Shown: in pieces, positions 29,768-39,912 of the stretch
Layout of the letters: every line of letters begins with the position of its first letter
Numbering within the stretch: position 1 is the first letter of the stretch
From: Dehalococcoidia bacterium
GTDB lineage: Bacteria; Chloroflexota; Dehalococcoidia; Lucifugimonadales; UBA3495
Reading direction: 5' to 3'
DNA length: 64,000 nucleotides
Assembly (NCBI GenBank): GCA_965203835.1
Contig: OZ241919.1
Location: 59,471 to 123,470, forward strand
Translations under genes and position numbers: made by a program
Notes under the pieces: generated by a model
What the model saw: only the letters and a program-made list of their open reading frames with translations
What the model was told of the DNA's origin: nothing
Database searches by the model: none

Positions 29768-30528
29768 TTAAGATAAGTCCTGTAAGATAAGTCCTGCGGT
29801 GGAAAATTAGGATAAACGACCGTCATCAGGCATAATCCGCAAGCTGGGACGGAAGCCCATTCCACTTTACCGTTTGCCTGTCCGGTCAACACGTTCTTGA
29901 CTATATACTCTGGCCTCTTTCCTTTTCCAATCTCGATCAGCAGCCCCGTTGTCCGCCTTATCTGGTGCTTCAGGAACCCGTTGGCCTCGCACTCTACTAT
30001 GACCGAATCTCCTTCACGCCGGACATCCCATCGTGACATCCTGCGCACGGCGCTGCGTTCGGCGGCGAACCCCGGAGCGAACGGCCTAAAATCGTGTTCT
30101 CCAACCAAGTGCCTTGCCGCGGCCGCCATCCGGTCGGCATCCAAACTGTCACGAACCCAGTGGGTGCTGTGCCGGCGCAAGGGTGACGGCCAGGGCCTGT
30201 TGGAAATCTCGTACCGGTAAACCCTGCTGATGGCGTTCTTGCGGGAGTGAAAGTCCAGGGGCACCTTGTACCCCACCTGAACTCTGATATCCCGGGGCAG
30301 GTAAAAATTCAGTCCCGCGGCATATGAGTCGAGACGATTCCGGCTGCCTGTCAGGAAGTCCACCACCTGCCCTTGAGCATGGGCACCGGAGTCGGTGCGA
30401 CTGGCTCCCCGAATGCGAGTCCTTTCTCTTGTGAACTTATAAAGACTGTCCTCTAGCTCCCCCTGTATCGTCGGTTGGTCCGGTTGGAACTGGAACCCCA
30501 TGTACCTGGTCCCGTCATATTCGACCAC
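29764..30528 (-). CDS. truA: tRNA pseudouridine synthase A (true start probably a few codons upstream)
   Basis: VEYDGTRYMGFQFQP...RGASRTDSGAHAQGQV. The track start (GTG 30528) lacks the usual MRIAL lead-in, which is encoded just upstream without a canonical start codon. Confidence 0.8.
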   Translation of the reverse strand: MVEYDGTRYMGFQFQPDQPTIQGELEDSLYKFTRERTRIRGASRTDSGAHAQGQVVDFLTGSRNRLDSYAAGLNFYLPRDIRVQVGYKVPLDFHSRKNAISRVYRYEISNRPWPSPLRRHSTHWVRDSLDADRMAAAARHLVGEHDFRPFAPGFAAERSAVRRMSRWDVRREGDSVIVECEANGFLKHQIRRTTGLLIEIGKGKRPEYIVKNVLTGQANGKVEWASVPACGLCLMTVVYPNFPPQDLSYRTYLK

Positions 30529-30559
30529 CAGCGCTATTCTGATGATGCTTTTTGACTCC

Positions 30560-30913
30560 CTAGACCAGTTCGATTATCGCCATGGCCGCGCCATCCCCTT
30601 GCCGTCGTCCCAACCGGATTATCCTGGTATACCCGCCGGGTCGCTCGGCGTACCTGGGGGCCACGTCGTCGAAGACCTTCGCAACGACTTTCTTATCGGG
30701 AATCTGCGCTAGGGCCAAACGGCGGTGATGCAGGGTTCCCTTCTTTCCATGGGTTATCAACTTTTCCGTCACCACCCGCGTCTCTTTCGCTTTTGCCAGG
30801 GTCGTCGTGATACGCTCGTGACGGATGAGGTCGCCCGCTAGTCCTCTCAGCAAGGCAATCCTCTGGTCTTTGTACCGGCTGAGTTTTCTGCCGGCGATTC
30901 GATGAGAGGCCAT
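30560..30913 (-). CDS. rplQ: 50S ribosomal protein L17
   Basis: [13 protein letters not shown]...[25 protein letters not shown] 30913 is preceded by GGAGGAG and lies 2 nt after the rpoA stop. Confidence 0.95.
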   Translation of the reverse strand: MASHRIAGRKLSRYKDQRIALLRGLAGDLIRHERITTTLAKAKETRVVTEKLITHGKKGTLHHRRLALAQIPDKKVVAKVFDDVAPRYAERPGGYTRIIRLGRRQGDGAAMAIIELV

Positions 30914-30915
30914 AG

Positions 30916-32085
30916 CTAACACTCCTCCCCATCCTCGAAGTCATCATCCTCGAAGTCGTCATCGTCTTCGAAGCTATCATCATCGCCGGTATTGGGCGCC
31001 AACCCGCTCCCCGGCGCCATCAACTCACCCAGATCTTCCGCTGAGATAGTGTTTACCGGGTAATTCCATTCCCCGGGAGCAGCATCAACTCCTACACTTA
31101 CCTGCCCGCCGCTGCCCTGGTACGCGATCCCCCGTTCGGCCAGCCTGTCGTGCAACTCCTCCAATGACTTTTCGCCCAAGTTCCTGATCTTGAGCAATTC
31201 ATCGTCGGTCATCTCCAGGATTTCTCCCACTTTGGTAACGTGGGCGCGTTTCAAGCAGTTCAGAGTTCTGGGAGTCAGCCCCAGACGCTCTACGGGAGTC
31301 TGATAAACCTCAGGAGACACCACCAAGGGCAGACGGTCCATGCCTGCCGCGGACGCCCGGTCCAAGTTGCTGAACAGGAAGAAGTAGTTGACCAAGGATT
31401 CTGCAGCCCTGTGAACTGCCTCCACCGGCTTGATAGTGCCGTCGGTCCAAACTTCCAGCACCAACCGCTCATAACTCATGTCCTGTCCAACCCGAGTGGG
31501 AGCGATTTCAAACTTAACGTTGCGTACCGGGTTGAACACCGCGTCCAGTGGCAGGACACCCACCGGAGACGAATCTCGTTCTTCACTAGTGTCGATTTGT
31601 TTGTACCCTACACCCTGCTCTACGTTGAACTCAATCGCAAGCCGGGCGTCGTCGGAGTCCAGGGTAGCCAGATGCAGTTGCGGGTTCACTATCTGGAAAT
31701 CGTTGGAAGTGGCGATGTCCCCGGCACAGATACGGCCCTGTCCTGAGATATCCAAGCGCATCTTGCCGGCGCGCTCCGCCATGGCTCGAATGCGGATCCG
31801 CTTGATGTTGAGCAGGAGCTCCATCACCTCTTCTTTGACTCCGGGGATGGGCGCATACTCATGTACTGCGTCTTCTATTTTGACCCAGGTAATGGCGCTG
31901 CCGCCGGTGGAACTCAACAATATCCGCCGCAATGGGTTGCCGATGGTAGGGCCAAACCCTCGGGGCAGCGGTTCCACGGAGACCTTTCCGTAGGTCTCCT
32001 CTGATTCCAGCACATGTACGGCGGGGGTTATGGCCTCGTGCCCTCCGTCCTCATTGCTGGGAGGCAGGATAAAAGTGTCTAACAT
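30916..32085 (-). CDS. rpoA: DNA-directed RNA polymerase subunit alpha, with acidic C-terminal tail
   Basis: [23 protein letters not shown]..., a C-terminal-domain helix-hairpin-helix segment ([16 protein letters not shown]), and the tail [23 protein letters not shown]. Confidence 0.95.
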   Translation of the reverse strand: MLDTFILPPSNEDGGHEAITPAVHVLESEETYGKVSVEPLPRGFGPTIGNPLRRILLSSTGGSAITWVKIEDAVHEYAPIPGVKEEVMELLLNIKRIRIRAMAERAGKMRLDISGQGRICAGDIATSNDFQIVNPQLHLATLDSDDARLAIEFNVEQGVGYKQIDTSEERDSSPVGVLPLDAVFNPVRNVKFEIAPTRVGQDMSYERLVLEVWTDGTIKPVEAVHRAAESLVNYFFLFSNLDRASAAGMDRLPLVVSPEVYQTPVERLGLTPRTLNCLKRAHVTKVGEILEMTDDELLKIRNLGEKSLEELHDRLAERGIAYQGSGGQVSVGVDAAPGEWNYPVNTISAEDLGELMAPGSGLAPNTGDDDSFEDDDDFEDDDFEDGEEC

Positions 32086-32093
32086 TGAAGTTT

Positions 32094-32720
32094 TTACCTC
32101 GAGTAAAACTCTACGATCAGCCGCGAGTTAATCGCCTGCTGCAAGTCCTCATCCGCCGGCATATTCATAACCCTGCCCGTCATATCCGTTTGGTCCAACA
32201 TCAACCATTCCGGCACAGGCCGCTTGGGAATACCGTCGGTCCGCTCGGCGAAATAATCGGTCGTCTTGTCCGACTCCTTCCACGAAATCACATCTCCCAC
32301 CTCTACTTGGTACGAAGGAATATCGGTCCTCTTTCCGTTTACTTGGAAGTGGCTGTGCAAGACCATCTGCCGGGCCTGCTTGCGAGAGTCGGCAAAACCC
32401 AGCAGGAATATCACGTTGTCCAACCGCCTTTCCAAGGAGCGCAGCAAATTGAGACCGGTGACACCGGGGGCATCAAATGCCTGCGCCATGTATTTCCTGA
32501 ACTGCGACTCCAGAACCCCGTAAATGTATTTCGCCTTCTGCTTTTCAAGGAGGTGTACTCCGTAGTCGGAAGGACGCCTCCGGCGGCGTGATTGTTCTCC
32601 GGGAGCGGACCTGCGCCGCTCTATGGCGCATCGGGGGGTGAAGCACCGCTCCCCTTTCAGGAATAGCTTTTCTCCGGCCCGCCGGCATAACCGACAGGAC
32701 GGTCCGGTATATCTGCCCAT
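32094..32720 (-). CDS. rpsD: 30S ribosomal protein S4 (Cys-cluster form)
   Basis: MGRYTGPSCRLCRRAGEKLFLKGERCFTPRCAIERR... Confidence 0.95.
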   Translation of the reverse strand: MGRYTGPSCRLCRRAGEKLFLKGERCFTPRCAIERRRSAPGEQSRRRRRPSDYGVHLLEKQKAKYIYGVLESQFRKYMAQAFDAPGVTGLNLLRSLERRLDNVIFLLGFADSRKQARQMVLHSHFQVNGKRTDIPSYQVEVGDVISWKESDKTTDYFAERTDGIPKRPVPEWLMLDQTDMTGRVMNMPADEDLQQAINSRLIVEFYSR

Positions 32721-32731
32721 GCGTTTTCCTT

Positions 32732-32782
32732 TGGATTCCCGCCCTTGCCCTTACGAGGGTGACGTGCCTGTGCGGGAATGAC
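32732..32782 (-). repeat. REP-like hairpin element, expanded-loop copy (copy D)
   Basis: Reverse strand reads GTCATTCCCGC-[29 nt with an inner CCCT/AGGG hairpin]-GCGGGAATCCA. Located in the rpsK-rpsD gap. Confidence 0.75.
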
Positions 32783-32796
32783 GTTGATGTGTTCCC

Positions 32797-33180
32797 TTAG
32801 ACCCTTCTTCGTTTCGGCGGTCTGCACCCGTTATGCGGGATCGGCGTTACGTCTCTGATGCTGGTTACCATCAGTCCGGCGCCTTGAAGAGAACGTATAG
32901 CCGCTTCCCGCCCGGCGCCGGGGCCCTTGATCAGAACGTCGACTTGGCGGAGTCCCTGGTCCATGCCCTGTCGCGCCGCCTGCTCTGCAGCCCGTTGAGC
33001 CGCGAAGGCAGTGCCTTTCCGTGACCCCTTGAAGCCAACGGTACCGGCGCTGGCCGACGCGATAACGTTGCCAATCGTGTCGGTGATGCTGACCAACGTG
33101 TTGTTGAACGTGGAATAGATGTACGCCCGTCCTTGTACGACGGTCCGCCGTTCCCGGCGGCGGGTTCTTGGTCTAGGCAT
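32797..33180 (-). CDS. rpsK: 30S ribosomal protein S11
   Basis: [41 protein letters not shown]... Confidence 0.95.
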   Translation of the reverse strand: MPRPRTRRRERRTVVQGRAYIYSTFNNTLVSITDTIGNVIASASAGTVGFKGSRKGTAFAAQRAAEQAARQGMDQGLRQVDVLIKGPGAGREAAIRSLQGAGLMVTSIRDVTPIPHNGCRPPKRRRV

Positions 33181-33193
33181 AAACTACCACCAA

Positions 33194-33586
33194 TTACTTC
33201 TTGCCTCCGGTCCGGCGGCCTCTTCCAGCCACGGTCCGGCGGGGTCCTTTCCTGGTCCGTGCGTTTGTCCTGGTCCGTTGACCGTGGGCCGGCAGTCCGC
33301 GCCGGTGCCGCAGCCCTCTGTACGTCCCTATCTCGATCAATCTGCGGATGTTCTGGTTCACGTCCCGACGCAGATCACCTTCGGATAGGTACTCCCGGTC
33401 AACGATTTCCCTGATGCGGTCCACCTGCGCCTCCGACAGTTCGTTCATCCGCGGAGGAGAATCGGTGTCGATGTTGGCCTTCTCTAGGATTTGCGAAGCG
33501 ATTACGGGGCCAACACCGTAAATGCTGCGCAGCGCAACATGCGCTTTTTTCCGGTCTGGAACGTCAACTCCAGCTATGCGGACCAT
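33194..33586 (-). CDS. rpsM: 30S ribosomal protein S13
   Basis: MVRIAGVDVPDRKKAHVALRSIYGVGP...GLRHRRGLPAHGQRTRTNART. Confidence 0.95.
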   Translation of the reverse strand: MVRIAGVDVPDRKKAHVALRSIYGVGPVIASQILEKANIDTDSPPRMNELSEAQVDRIREIVDREYLSEGDLRRDVNQNIRRLIEIGTYRGLRHRRGLPAHGQRTRTNARTRKGPRRTVAGRGRRTGGKK

Positions 33587-33612
33587 TCTTGGCCTCCTGC
33601 CGTTAGACCTGT

Positions 33613-33726
33613 TTAACCCTGTCTCTGGGTGTGCCGCGCATTAGGACAGATAACGCGGACTATCCCTTTGCGCTTGATAATGCGGCACTTGTCGCACCTT
33701 GTCTTTACCGATGCAGATACTTTCAA
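33613..33726 (-). CDS. rpmJ: 50S ribosomal protein L36 (below the ORF-track size cut-off)
   Basis: Own translation from TTG 33726: (M)[36 protein letters not shown] then stop. 37 aa, Zn-binding C..C..C..H form, in the expected infA-rpsM position. Confidence 0.9.
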   Translation of the reverse strand: MKVSASVKTRCDKCRIIKRKGIVRVICPNARHTQRQG

Positions 33727-33761
33727 GGCCCTCTTCCTTGCCGATTGTTTGTAACGCCCGG

Positions 33762-33980
33762 TTACTTGAACCGGTACGTAATGCGCCCCCGCGTCAAATC
33801 GTAGGGCGACAGTTCAACCAGTACCCGGTCGCCGGGCAACACCCGTATAAAGTGCATTCGAATCTTGCCCGACACGTGGGCCAGTACGTTGTGTTCGTTG
33901 GGCAGCGTTACCCGGAACATGCCGTTGGGCAATGCCTCGGTTACGCTTGCTTCAACCTCGATAGCTTGCTTTTTTGCCAT
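33762..33980 (-). CDS. infA: translation initiation factor IF-1
   Basis: [72 protein letters not shown]. The track ORF carries a spurious 73-aa upstream extension. Confidence 0.95.
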   Translation of the reverse strand: MAKKQAIEVEASVTEALPNGMFRVTLPNEHNVLAHVSGKIRMHFIRVLPGDRVLVELSPYDLTRGRITYRFK

Positions 33981-34036
33981 AAACGTCCTCTGAAGGTTTG
34001 CGCTGAACAGACCGGTCGCGTCCGACGCTCCCAGGA

Positions 34037-34843
34037 TCAGGGAGCAACGGTCAGAATCTCGGGACCATTTTCGGTGATGGCTATAGTGTGCTCGAAATGG
34101 GATGACAACTTGCCGTCCAGGGTAACCACCGTCCACTCGTCGTCCAGGATACGAGTGCGCCAGTCGCCCAGGTTCAACATGGGTTCGATGGCTATGCACA
34201 TTCCCGCCCGCAGCAATACGCCTCGTCCCGGCTGCCCGTAGTTGGGGACCTGAGGGTCTTCGTGCAGGAAGCGCCCAATGCCATGGCCCACGAACTCGCG
34301 GACGACACCATATCCGCGGGACTCACCGTAAGCCTGGACCGCTGCGCCTATGTCGCCAATGCGATTGCCCGGAACGGCGGCTTGGATACCTTGGTGGAGG
34401 CTCTCCCGGGTGGCGTTCATCAAGTCCTCGGCCTCTTGAGAGGCCGCTCCCGCCGCCATTGAAATCGCAGCGTCGCCTATGAATCCGTCGACGGTGGCGC
34501 CGACGTCTACCTTGACGATGTCACCCTCTTTCAGCCTTCTTTTACCGGGAATCCCGTGGACAATCTCCTCATTGACCGATGCGCATATACTGGCCGGGAA
34601 CCCCCGGTACCCCTTGAAAGCGGGCTTCGCGCCGTGGCGCGTGATTTCCTTGTAAGCGATGTTGTCCAGGTCCTTGGTCGTCATTCCGGGCTCGATCGAC
34701 CGTCGCAACAGGGCCAGGGTCGCGCCTACGACCGCTCCGGCCCGGCGCATCGCGTCCATCTCCTCAGGGGACTTGATGGTGATCCCGCCGGTATACGGTG
34801 AGGCCGAATTGGAAGCAGTGCCCTTTTTTTTGCTTTGGTTCAT
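34037..34843 (-). CDS. map: type I methionine aminopeptidase
   Basis: [36 protein letters not shown]...[10 protein letters not shown]...IAIEPM. Confidence 0.9.
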   Translation of the reverse strand: MNQSKKKGTASNSASPYTGGITIKSPEEMDAMRRAGAVVGATLALLRRSIEPGMTTKDLDNIAYKEITRHGAKPAFKGYRGFPASICASVNEEIVHGIPGKRRLKEGDIVKVDVGATVDGFIGDAAISMAAGAASQEAEDLMNATRESLHQGIQAAVPGNRIGDIGAAVQAYGESRGYGVVREFVGHGIGRFLHEDPQVPNYGQPGRGVLLRAGMCIAIEPMLNLGDWRTRILDDEWTVVTLDGKLSSHFEHTIAITENGPEILTVAP

Positions 34844-34939
34844 TTGTCCTATTCTACCTTGAATCGGAGTTCTTGGAAAGTTTCGGCCCCGTGGCGTAAC
34901 CCGTCTTTATTGGCCGACCGTGCAACCGCGGTTGAGATG

Positions 34940-35626
34940 CTATCGGCCGGCATCCACTGTGTCTTCTTTTCCCAACTCGACCAGAATCCGCCGGTTGATA
35001 TTGGGCACCGTATCCACTCCGGAAACCTCCGCCAGCATCCCCCGGCCGCGGTAAAAGTCCAGGACCGGGAAGGTCTCCGAGAAATAGACCTCTATACGTT
35101 TTGTCACGGCGTCAGGGTGGTCGTCGGCCCGCTGGTAAAGCTCGCCACCGCACCGCTCGCACCTGGGAATCTGCTCCTCGGCTTCGTGTGCGGACGAAAT
35201 GGTGTACGGGGACTGGCATTCGCGGCACACGAAGCGTCCTGCCAAACGCCTCACCAGTTCCTCTTCCGGCACATCCAGGGACACTACCTTGTCCAGTCTT
35301 CTCGACCTCCGGTCAAGGGCCTCTTCCAAGACTTCCGCTTGGTTCCGGTTGCGGGGAAACCCGTCCAGGATAAACCCTTCCTGAGATTCCAGTGACAATA
35401 CCCTGTCGAGCATGATGTCGATGGTGACCTCGTCAGGGACCAACAACCCTTGGTTCATGTACTCGGCTGCTCTCAGTCCCAAAGGCGTCTTGGCCCTCAG
35501 GTGATGGCGAAAAAGATCGCCCGAACTGATCTGCTCCACGTTCAATTGTTGCATCAACAACTGTGCCTGAGTGCCTTTGCCGGCTCCCGGCGGCCCGAAC
35601 AGCACCAATCGCAAACCCTGGGCCAA
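34940..35626 (-). CDS. adk: adenylate kinase (Zn-lid form)
   Basis: LVLFGPPGAGKGTQAQLL..., lid CRECQSPY...CERCGG. Confidence 0.9.
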   Translation of the reverse strand: MAQGLRLVLFGPPGAGKGTQAQLLMQQLNVEQISSGDLFRHHLRAKTPLGLRAAEYMNQGLLVPDEVTIDIMLDRVLSLESQEGFILDGFPRNRNQAEVLEEALDRRSRRLDKVVSLDVPEEELVRRLAGRFVCRECQSPYTISSAHEAEEQIPRCERCGGELYQRADDHPDAVTKRIEVYFSETFPVLDFYRGRGMLAEVSGVDTVPNINRRILVELGKEDTVDAGR

Positions 35627-35632
35627 CTTGGT

Positions 35633-36961
35633 CTACCTCAAAAAGCCTTCGTAGTTTCGCATCATCAGTTGCGCCTCCAACTGGCGCAACGTGTCCAATC
35701 CCACGCCTACCATGATCAACAGGCTGGTGCTGCTCAGTGAGATCGCTTGCACGCCCGTTATCAGCGACGCTATGTATGGGACGATGGCGACGAACCCCAG
35801 GAACAGGGCTCCGCCCATAGTAATGCGCACTATGACCCGGTTGAGATACTCCTGGGTAGGTCTGCCGGGGCGTATGCCCAGAACAAACCCTCCGTTGCGT
35901 TGCAGGTTTTCAGCCAGGTTCTGCTGGTTGAAGACCACCAGCGTATAAAAGAAGGTGAAAATCACCACCAGAATGAACACCATTACCCAGTACAACGGCG
36001 CCGTGGGCACCATGAGATCCGCGAAGAACCGCGCGGCGTCGCCGACAACACCGGGGCTGGTGGAGAAGTACGTGGCGATGGTGCCCGGAAGAATGACGAT
36101 GGAAAACGCGAATATCAGCGGGATCATACCCGCGGAATTTATTCGCAGGGGCAGATAGGTCGCCCCGCTTTGCCGGTACATCCTGCCTCCGCGGAATATG
36201 CTCCTGCCGTACTGCACCGGTATGCGCCTATGGGCTTCGTTGAACATTACTATCAGCGCGATTATAACGAGGCCTATCAAAGCAAAGAAGCCGATGCCAA
36301 GCACGTTGTCCCGGTCCAGGAAACCTTGGCTTATCAGGCCCGGGAACCCGGCAACGATGCCGGCGAATATTATCAACGATACACCGTTGCCGATGCCGCG
36401 CTCGGTTATCAATTCGCCTATCCATACCAGGAACATCGTGCCGGCGACGATGGACAGCAGCGCCGCGATGGTGGGAAGGAGCGCCTCGGCACTGAAACCG
36501 ACCGACGGCAATACATTGGTCTGTTGCAACAGCAGCAACTGACCATACCCTTGCGCCAATGCTATGGGCACCGTCAGCCAGTGAGTTATGCGGTTAATCT
36601 TGGCCCGCCCCGACTCCCCTTCCCGCGCCATTTCCTGAAGGTTGGGGATCACCGGGGTCAGCAACTGCATCACGATGGACGCCGTGATGTATGGGAAGAC
36701 GCCCAAGGCCACGATGCTCATCCGCCTCAGGGCGCCGCCGCTGAACAGGTCCAAGAATCCCAGCAGCGGGTTGGCTTCGAACAGGTTCGCAAGCTGCGCT
36801 TGGTCAATCCCCGGCATGGGGATGTGAGCGGCGAACCTGTAAATCGCCAGCATGGCCAACGTGAACAGGATTTTGGCCCGCAGGTCCGGTAAACTGAACG
36901 CGTCTATCGCCGCTTGGAGTAACCTTGGAAGGCGCCCCCCCTGAGCTTCCGCCGATAGCAT
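35633..36961 (-). CDS. secY: preprotein translocase subunit SecY
   Basis: 442 aa, polytopic. LFSGGALRRMSIVALGVFPYITASIVMQLL...GNGVSLIIFAGI. Confidence 0.95.
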   Translation of the reverse strand: MLSAEAQGGRLPRLLQAAIDAFSLPDLRAKILFTLAMLAIYRFAAHIPMPGIDQAQLANLFEANPLLGFLDLFSGGALRRMSIVALGVFPYITASIVMQLLTPVIPNLQEMAREGESGRAKINRITHWLTVPIALAQGYGQLLLLQQTNVLPSVGFSAEALLPTIAALLSIVAGTMFLVWIGELITERGIGNGVSLIIFAGIVAGFPGLISQGFLDRDNVLGIGFFALIGLVIIALIVMFNEAHRRIPVQYGRSIFRGGRMYRQSGATYLPLRINSAGMIPLIFAFSIVILPGTIATYFSTSPGVVGDAARFFADLMVPTAPLYWVMVFILVVIFTFFYTLVVFNQQNLAENLQRNGGFVLGIRPGRPTQEYLNRVIVRITMGGALFLGFVAIVPYIASLITGVQAISLSSTSLLIMVGVGLDTLRQLEAQLMMRNYEGFLR

Positions 36962-36966
36962 CGAGA

Positions 36967-37410
36967 CTACAACTCCTCCACCCTACCCTGTGCCGCCTCT
37001 ATCTTCTCCCGGGCCGATCGAGTAAACCGGTTCGCCGTTACGGTAAGGGCCTTGGTGATTTCGCCGTCACCCAGTATCTTGATGGGCCGGTTCAGGCTCC
37101 TTACGTATCCCCGTTGCAGTAATGCTTCGGGGGTAACGTGCGCTCCCGCATCAAACCCGTCCAAGTCTTCCAGTTTGACGAGGGAGTAGTGGGTCTTGAA
37201 CTTATTGTGGAAGCCCCGCTTCATGGGCAAACCCTTGATCAACGGCAATTGGCCGCCCTCGAAACCGGGCCGCGGCCCGGGGCCGGACCGGGACTTCTGC
37301 CCCTTCATGCCACGGCCGGCGGTGCTGCCCTGCCCTGCGGAGTCGCCTCTGCCGACCCTTTTCCTGTTCTTTCTGGCCCCCGGGTGGGGCGCCAGTTGAT
37401 GTTCCATCAT
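36967..37410 (-). CDS. rplO: 50S ribosomal protein L15
   Basis: [34 protein letters not shown]. Confidence 0.95.
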   Translation of the reverse strand: MMEHQLAPHPGARKNRKRVGRGDSAGQGSTAGRGMKGQKSRSGPGPRPGFEGGQLPLIKGLPMKRGFHNKFKTHYSLVKLEDLDGFDAGAHVTPEALLQRGYVRSLNRPIKILGDGEITKALTVTANRFTRSAREKIEAAQGRVEEL

Positions 37411-37598
37411 GATCCGTTTTCCAGCTCCTTCACCGTCACCAAGTGAGTCACCTTATTGATCATCCCTCTTATGGATGGCGTGTCGGCGTGAACCACCGAT
37501 TGGTGCAACCGCCGCAGACCCAGGGACTGGATAATTCTCCGCTGGTTCTGGGGGCGCCCGATGCAACTCTTTGTCCAAGTAATCTGTAGTTGGGCCAT
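37407..37598 (-). CDS. rpmD: 50S ribosomal protein L30
   Basis: [34 protein letters not shown]. 4-nt overlap with rplO. Confidence 0.9.
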   Translation of the reverse strand: MAQLQITWTKSCIGRPQNQRRIIQSLGLRRLHQSVVHADTPSIRGMINKVTHLVTVKELENGS

Positions 37599-37648
37599 TT
37601 ATCTACCTTAGTATTCACCTTTGGACCGGATTCCAAGGTCCGGCGGTG

Positions 37649-38188
37649 TTATCTTCCCTGGCGAGTGGGAGGGGGGAGCGGAGCCGCCCGACGGGCGCGC
37701 TCTTCATCAGGGTCGCGCAGTTCCCGGAGCGCGTCCAAGGTCGCGTAAACTATGTTGATCGGGTTGCGGGACCCAAGGGACTTGCCCACAACATCCTTCA
37801 CGCCGCCCAGTTCCAGAATCGCTCGCATCGCACCGGCGGCGATGACTCCGGTACCTTCTCGGGCGGGCTTTATCACCACGATGGTGGCGCCGCGTTTCAA
37901 CGTGATCTGCTGAGGGATGGTGCCGTTTTTGAGGGGCACCGTAACCATGTTGCGGCGTGCCACCGCGTTGCCCTTGCGCACAGCGTCGGGAATGACGAGG
38001 GCCTTGCCCAGCCCCGCGCCGACCTGGCTCTCTCCGTCGCCCACCACGACCAACGCGTTGAACCTGAGCCGCCGGCCTCCCTTGACTACCTTAGCGATTC
38101 GACGTGTCAACACCACCCGTTCGGTGAAACCGCCAGTGTCTTCTTCCCGGAAACGGGGCGCTCTTGGCCGATTCATTGCGGTAACCAT
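37649..38188 (-). CDS. rpsE: 30S ribosomal protein S5
   Basis: ERVVLTRRIAKVVKGGRRLRFNALVVVGDGESQVGAGLGKA... Confidence 0.95.
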   Translation of the reverse strand: MVTAMNRPRAPRFREEDTGGFTERVVLTRRIAKVVKGGRRLRFNALVVVGDGESQVGAGLGKALVIPDAVRKGNAVARRNMVTVPLKNGTIPQQITLKRGATIVVIKPAREGTGVIAAGAMRAILELGGVKDVVGKSLGSRNPINIVYATLDALRELRDPDEERARRAAPLPPPTRQGR

Positions 38189-38241
38189 ACAGGGAATTCT
38201 CTCCTTTAACTCATGCGGACTGGACGGCTATGCCTTCCCGC

Positions 38242-38265
38242 GACCCCCGCCTTCGCGGGGGAGAC
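38242..38265 (-). repeat. REP-like hairpin element, GC-substituted variant (copy E)
   Basis: Reverse strand reads GTCTCCCCCGC-GAAG-GCGGGGGTC. Both stem arms are changed in a compensatory way relative to TTCCCGC/GCGGGAA. Located in the rplR-rpsE gap. Confidence 0.6.
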
Positions 38266-38283
38266 GGGCTGAAGGAAGACCAT

Positions 38284-38652
38284 CTAAAACTGCAAGCCGC
38301 CTTGCCGGCTTGCTTCCGCCAGGGCTTTTACTCGCCCGTGATACTTGTACCCCCCGCGGTCGAAGACCACTTGGGTAATGCCCTTGGACTGGGCCCTTTG
38401 GGCCAGCAACTTGCCCACCGCTTCCGACGCCGATACCTTGGGTCTCGTGTCCCCGTTGTTTTGGACATCAGCCTCGTCACTGGAAGCGGATACCAGCGTG
38501 TGGCCCACTGTGTCGTCAATCACTTGGGCGTAAATATGTCTCAGACTGCGAAACACGCACAGCCTGGGGCGTTCCGGTGTTCCCGTCACCCGGTTGCGGA
38601 CCCGGGCATGGCGCACCAGCCTTAACTTTCTAGCATTCTTGTCCTTCGGCAC
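38284..38652 (-). CDS. rplR: 50S ribosomal protein L18
   Basis: (V)[45 protein letters not shown]...[20 protein letters not shown] 38652 is preceded by GGAGAG; the track's longer ORF adds a non-homologous lead-in. Confidence 0.9.
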   Translation of the reverse strand: MPKDKNARKLRLVRHARVRNRVTGTPERPRLCVFRSLRHIYAQVIDDTVGHTLVSASSDEADVQNNGDTRPKVSASEAVGKLLAQRAQSKGITQVVFDRGGYKYHGRVKALAEASRQGGLQF

Positions 38653-38716
38653 TTGGAAATTCTCTCCGGTCTCTATTACTGGAAGGGGGAAATTACTGCG
38701 AGCCCATCGGCACTGC

Positions 38717-39307
38717 CTACGCCTTCCGGGCTGCGGCCTTTCCGGGTTTGAAGTGCAGGACTTCACCCTGGTACCGGATGCCCTTTTCCTTGTAGGCGTT
38801 GGGCGGACGGACCTTGCGCACTTTGGCTGCCAGGTTCCCCACCTTCTGCTTGTCGATCCCCCGGACGTGAATCCGGTTGTTGCCCTCGACCTCCATGGTC
38901 ACGCCTTCCGGCGGGTGCATCTCCACTTGGTGGCTGTAGCCAACGAACAGGACGATGCCGTCTCCGGCTTGTTGGACCCTGTAACCCACCCCCATCAACT
39001 CCAGGGTACGGGTATACCCTTCCGATACCCCCTGTACTGCGTTGGCGATGAGACTCCGCGTCAAGCCATGCAAAGCGTGGTGAAACTTCCGCTCGGACAT
39101 TCGCTCGACGATCACCTCACCGTCTTCCACCGTGACCTTGACGTCGGGATGGTAAGTCTGGGTCATTGTGCCCTGGGGGCCTTTGACCGTGACCTCTCCA
39201 TACCCTATCTGTACGTCCACTCCGGCAGGTATGGGAATGGACTTGCGGCCTATGCGGGACAGCGTCCGACCTTGTGACTGACCGTTGACCACTGCATTAC
39301 CAGACAT
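38717..39307 (-). CDS. rplF: 50S ribosomal protein L6
   Basis: ...[31 protein letters not shown]... ATG 39307 (GGGGAG 10 nt upstream) gives about 15 extra N-terminal residues. The start is uncertain. Confidence 0.9.
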   Translation of the reverse strand: MSGNAVVNGQSQGRTLSRIGRKSIPIPAGVDVQIGYGEVTVKGPQGTMTQTYHPDVKVTVEDGEVIVERMSERKFHHALHGLTRSLIANAVQGVSEGYTRTLELMGVGYRVQQAGDGIVLFVGYSHQVEMHPPEGVTMEVEGNNRIHVRGIDKQKVGNLAAKVRKVRPPNAYKEKGIRYQGEVLHFKPGKAAARKA

Positions 39308-39695
39308 AACAAAGCAACTCCCCGCCGATACCTCGGCGCCACGCTTGACGGCCGGCCATTACACCCTCGGAAGTGGAAAGGATCGCCAACCCCAAACCGC
39401 CATAGACTCTGGGGATTTCGCCTTTCCCTACGTAGACCCGCAGCCCCGGCTTGCTGACCCTCTTCAGGCCCCTGATGGCAGGCTCCCTCCGCTCTCGATA
39501 GGCCAGATGTACCCGCAGCGTCGGATGGGCTTGCCCTCGGGGGATATCGAAGTCCCTTATGTACCCTTCTTCCTTCAGAATCTTGGCTATAGCCAGCTTG
39601 GTCTTGGAGTGGGGCATCATGACTTGTTCGTGGCGCACTTGTATAGCGTTCCTGATACGCGTCAGCATATCCGCCACAGGATCGGTAACCGGCAA
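39297..39695 (-). CDS. rpsH: 30S ribosomal protein S8
   Basis: [46 protein letters not shown]. Confidence 0.95.
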   Translation of the reverse strand: MPVTDPVADMLTRIRNAIQVRHEQVMMPHSKTKLAIAKILKEEGYIRDFDIPRGQAHPTLRVHLAYRERREPAIRGLKRVSKPGLRVYVGKGEIPRVYGGLGLAILSTSEGVMAGRQAWRRGIGGELLCYVW

Positions 39696-39716
39696 GACTC
39701 TATCCCTCCTGGCTCT

Positions 39717-39902
39717 CTACCAACTGGCTTTGCGCACTCCGGGGAGTTCCCCGTTCAGCGCCAATTCACGGAAACAGATGCGGCAAATGCCGAAGTACCG
39801 GATATAAGCCCGAGGCCTGGTGCAGCGGTTGCAGCGGCTGTGCCACCGGACCGGGTGCTTGGGCTTTCTCAGCCATTTCTGGACTTTGGATGCTTTGGCC
39901 AT
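39717..39902 (-). CDS. rpsN: 30S ribosomal protein S14, type Z (zinc-binding)
   Basis: [61 protein letters not shown], 61 aa with CxxC...CxxC. The track ORF has a spurious extension. Confidence 0.9.
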   Translation of the reverse strand: MAKASKVQKWLRKPKHPVRWHSRCNRCTRPRAYIRYFGICRICFRELALNGELPGVRKASW

Positions 39903-39912
39903 TGGGTCTCCT

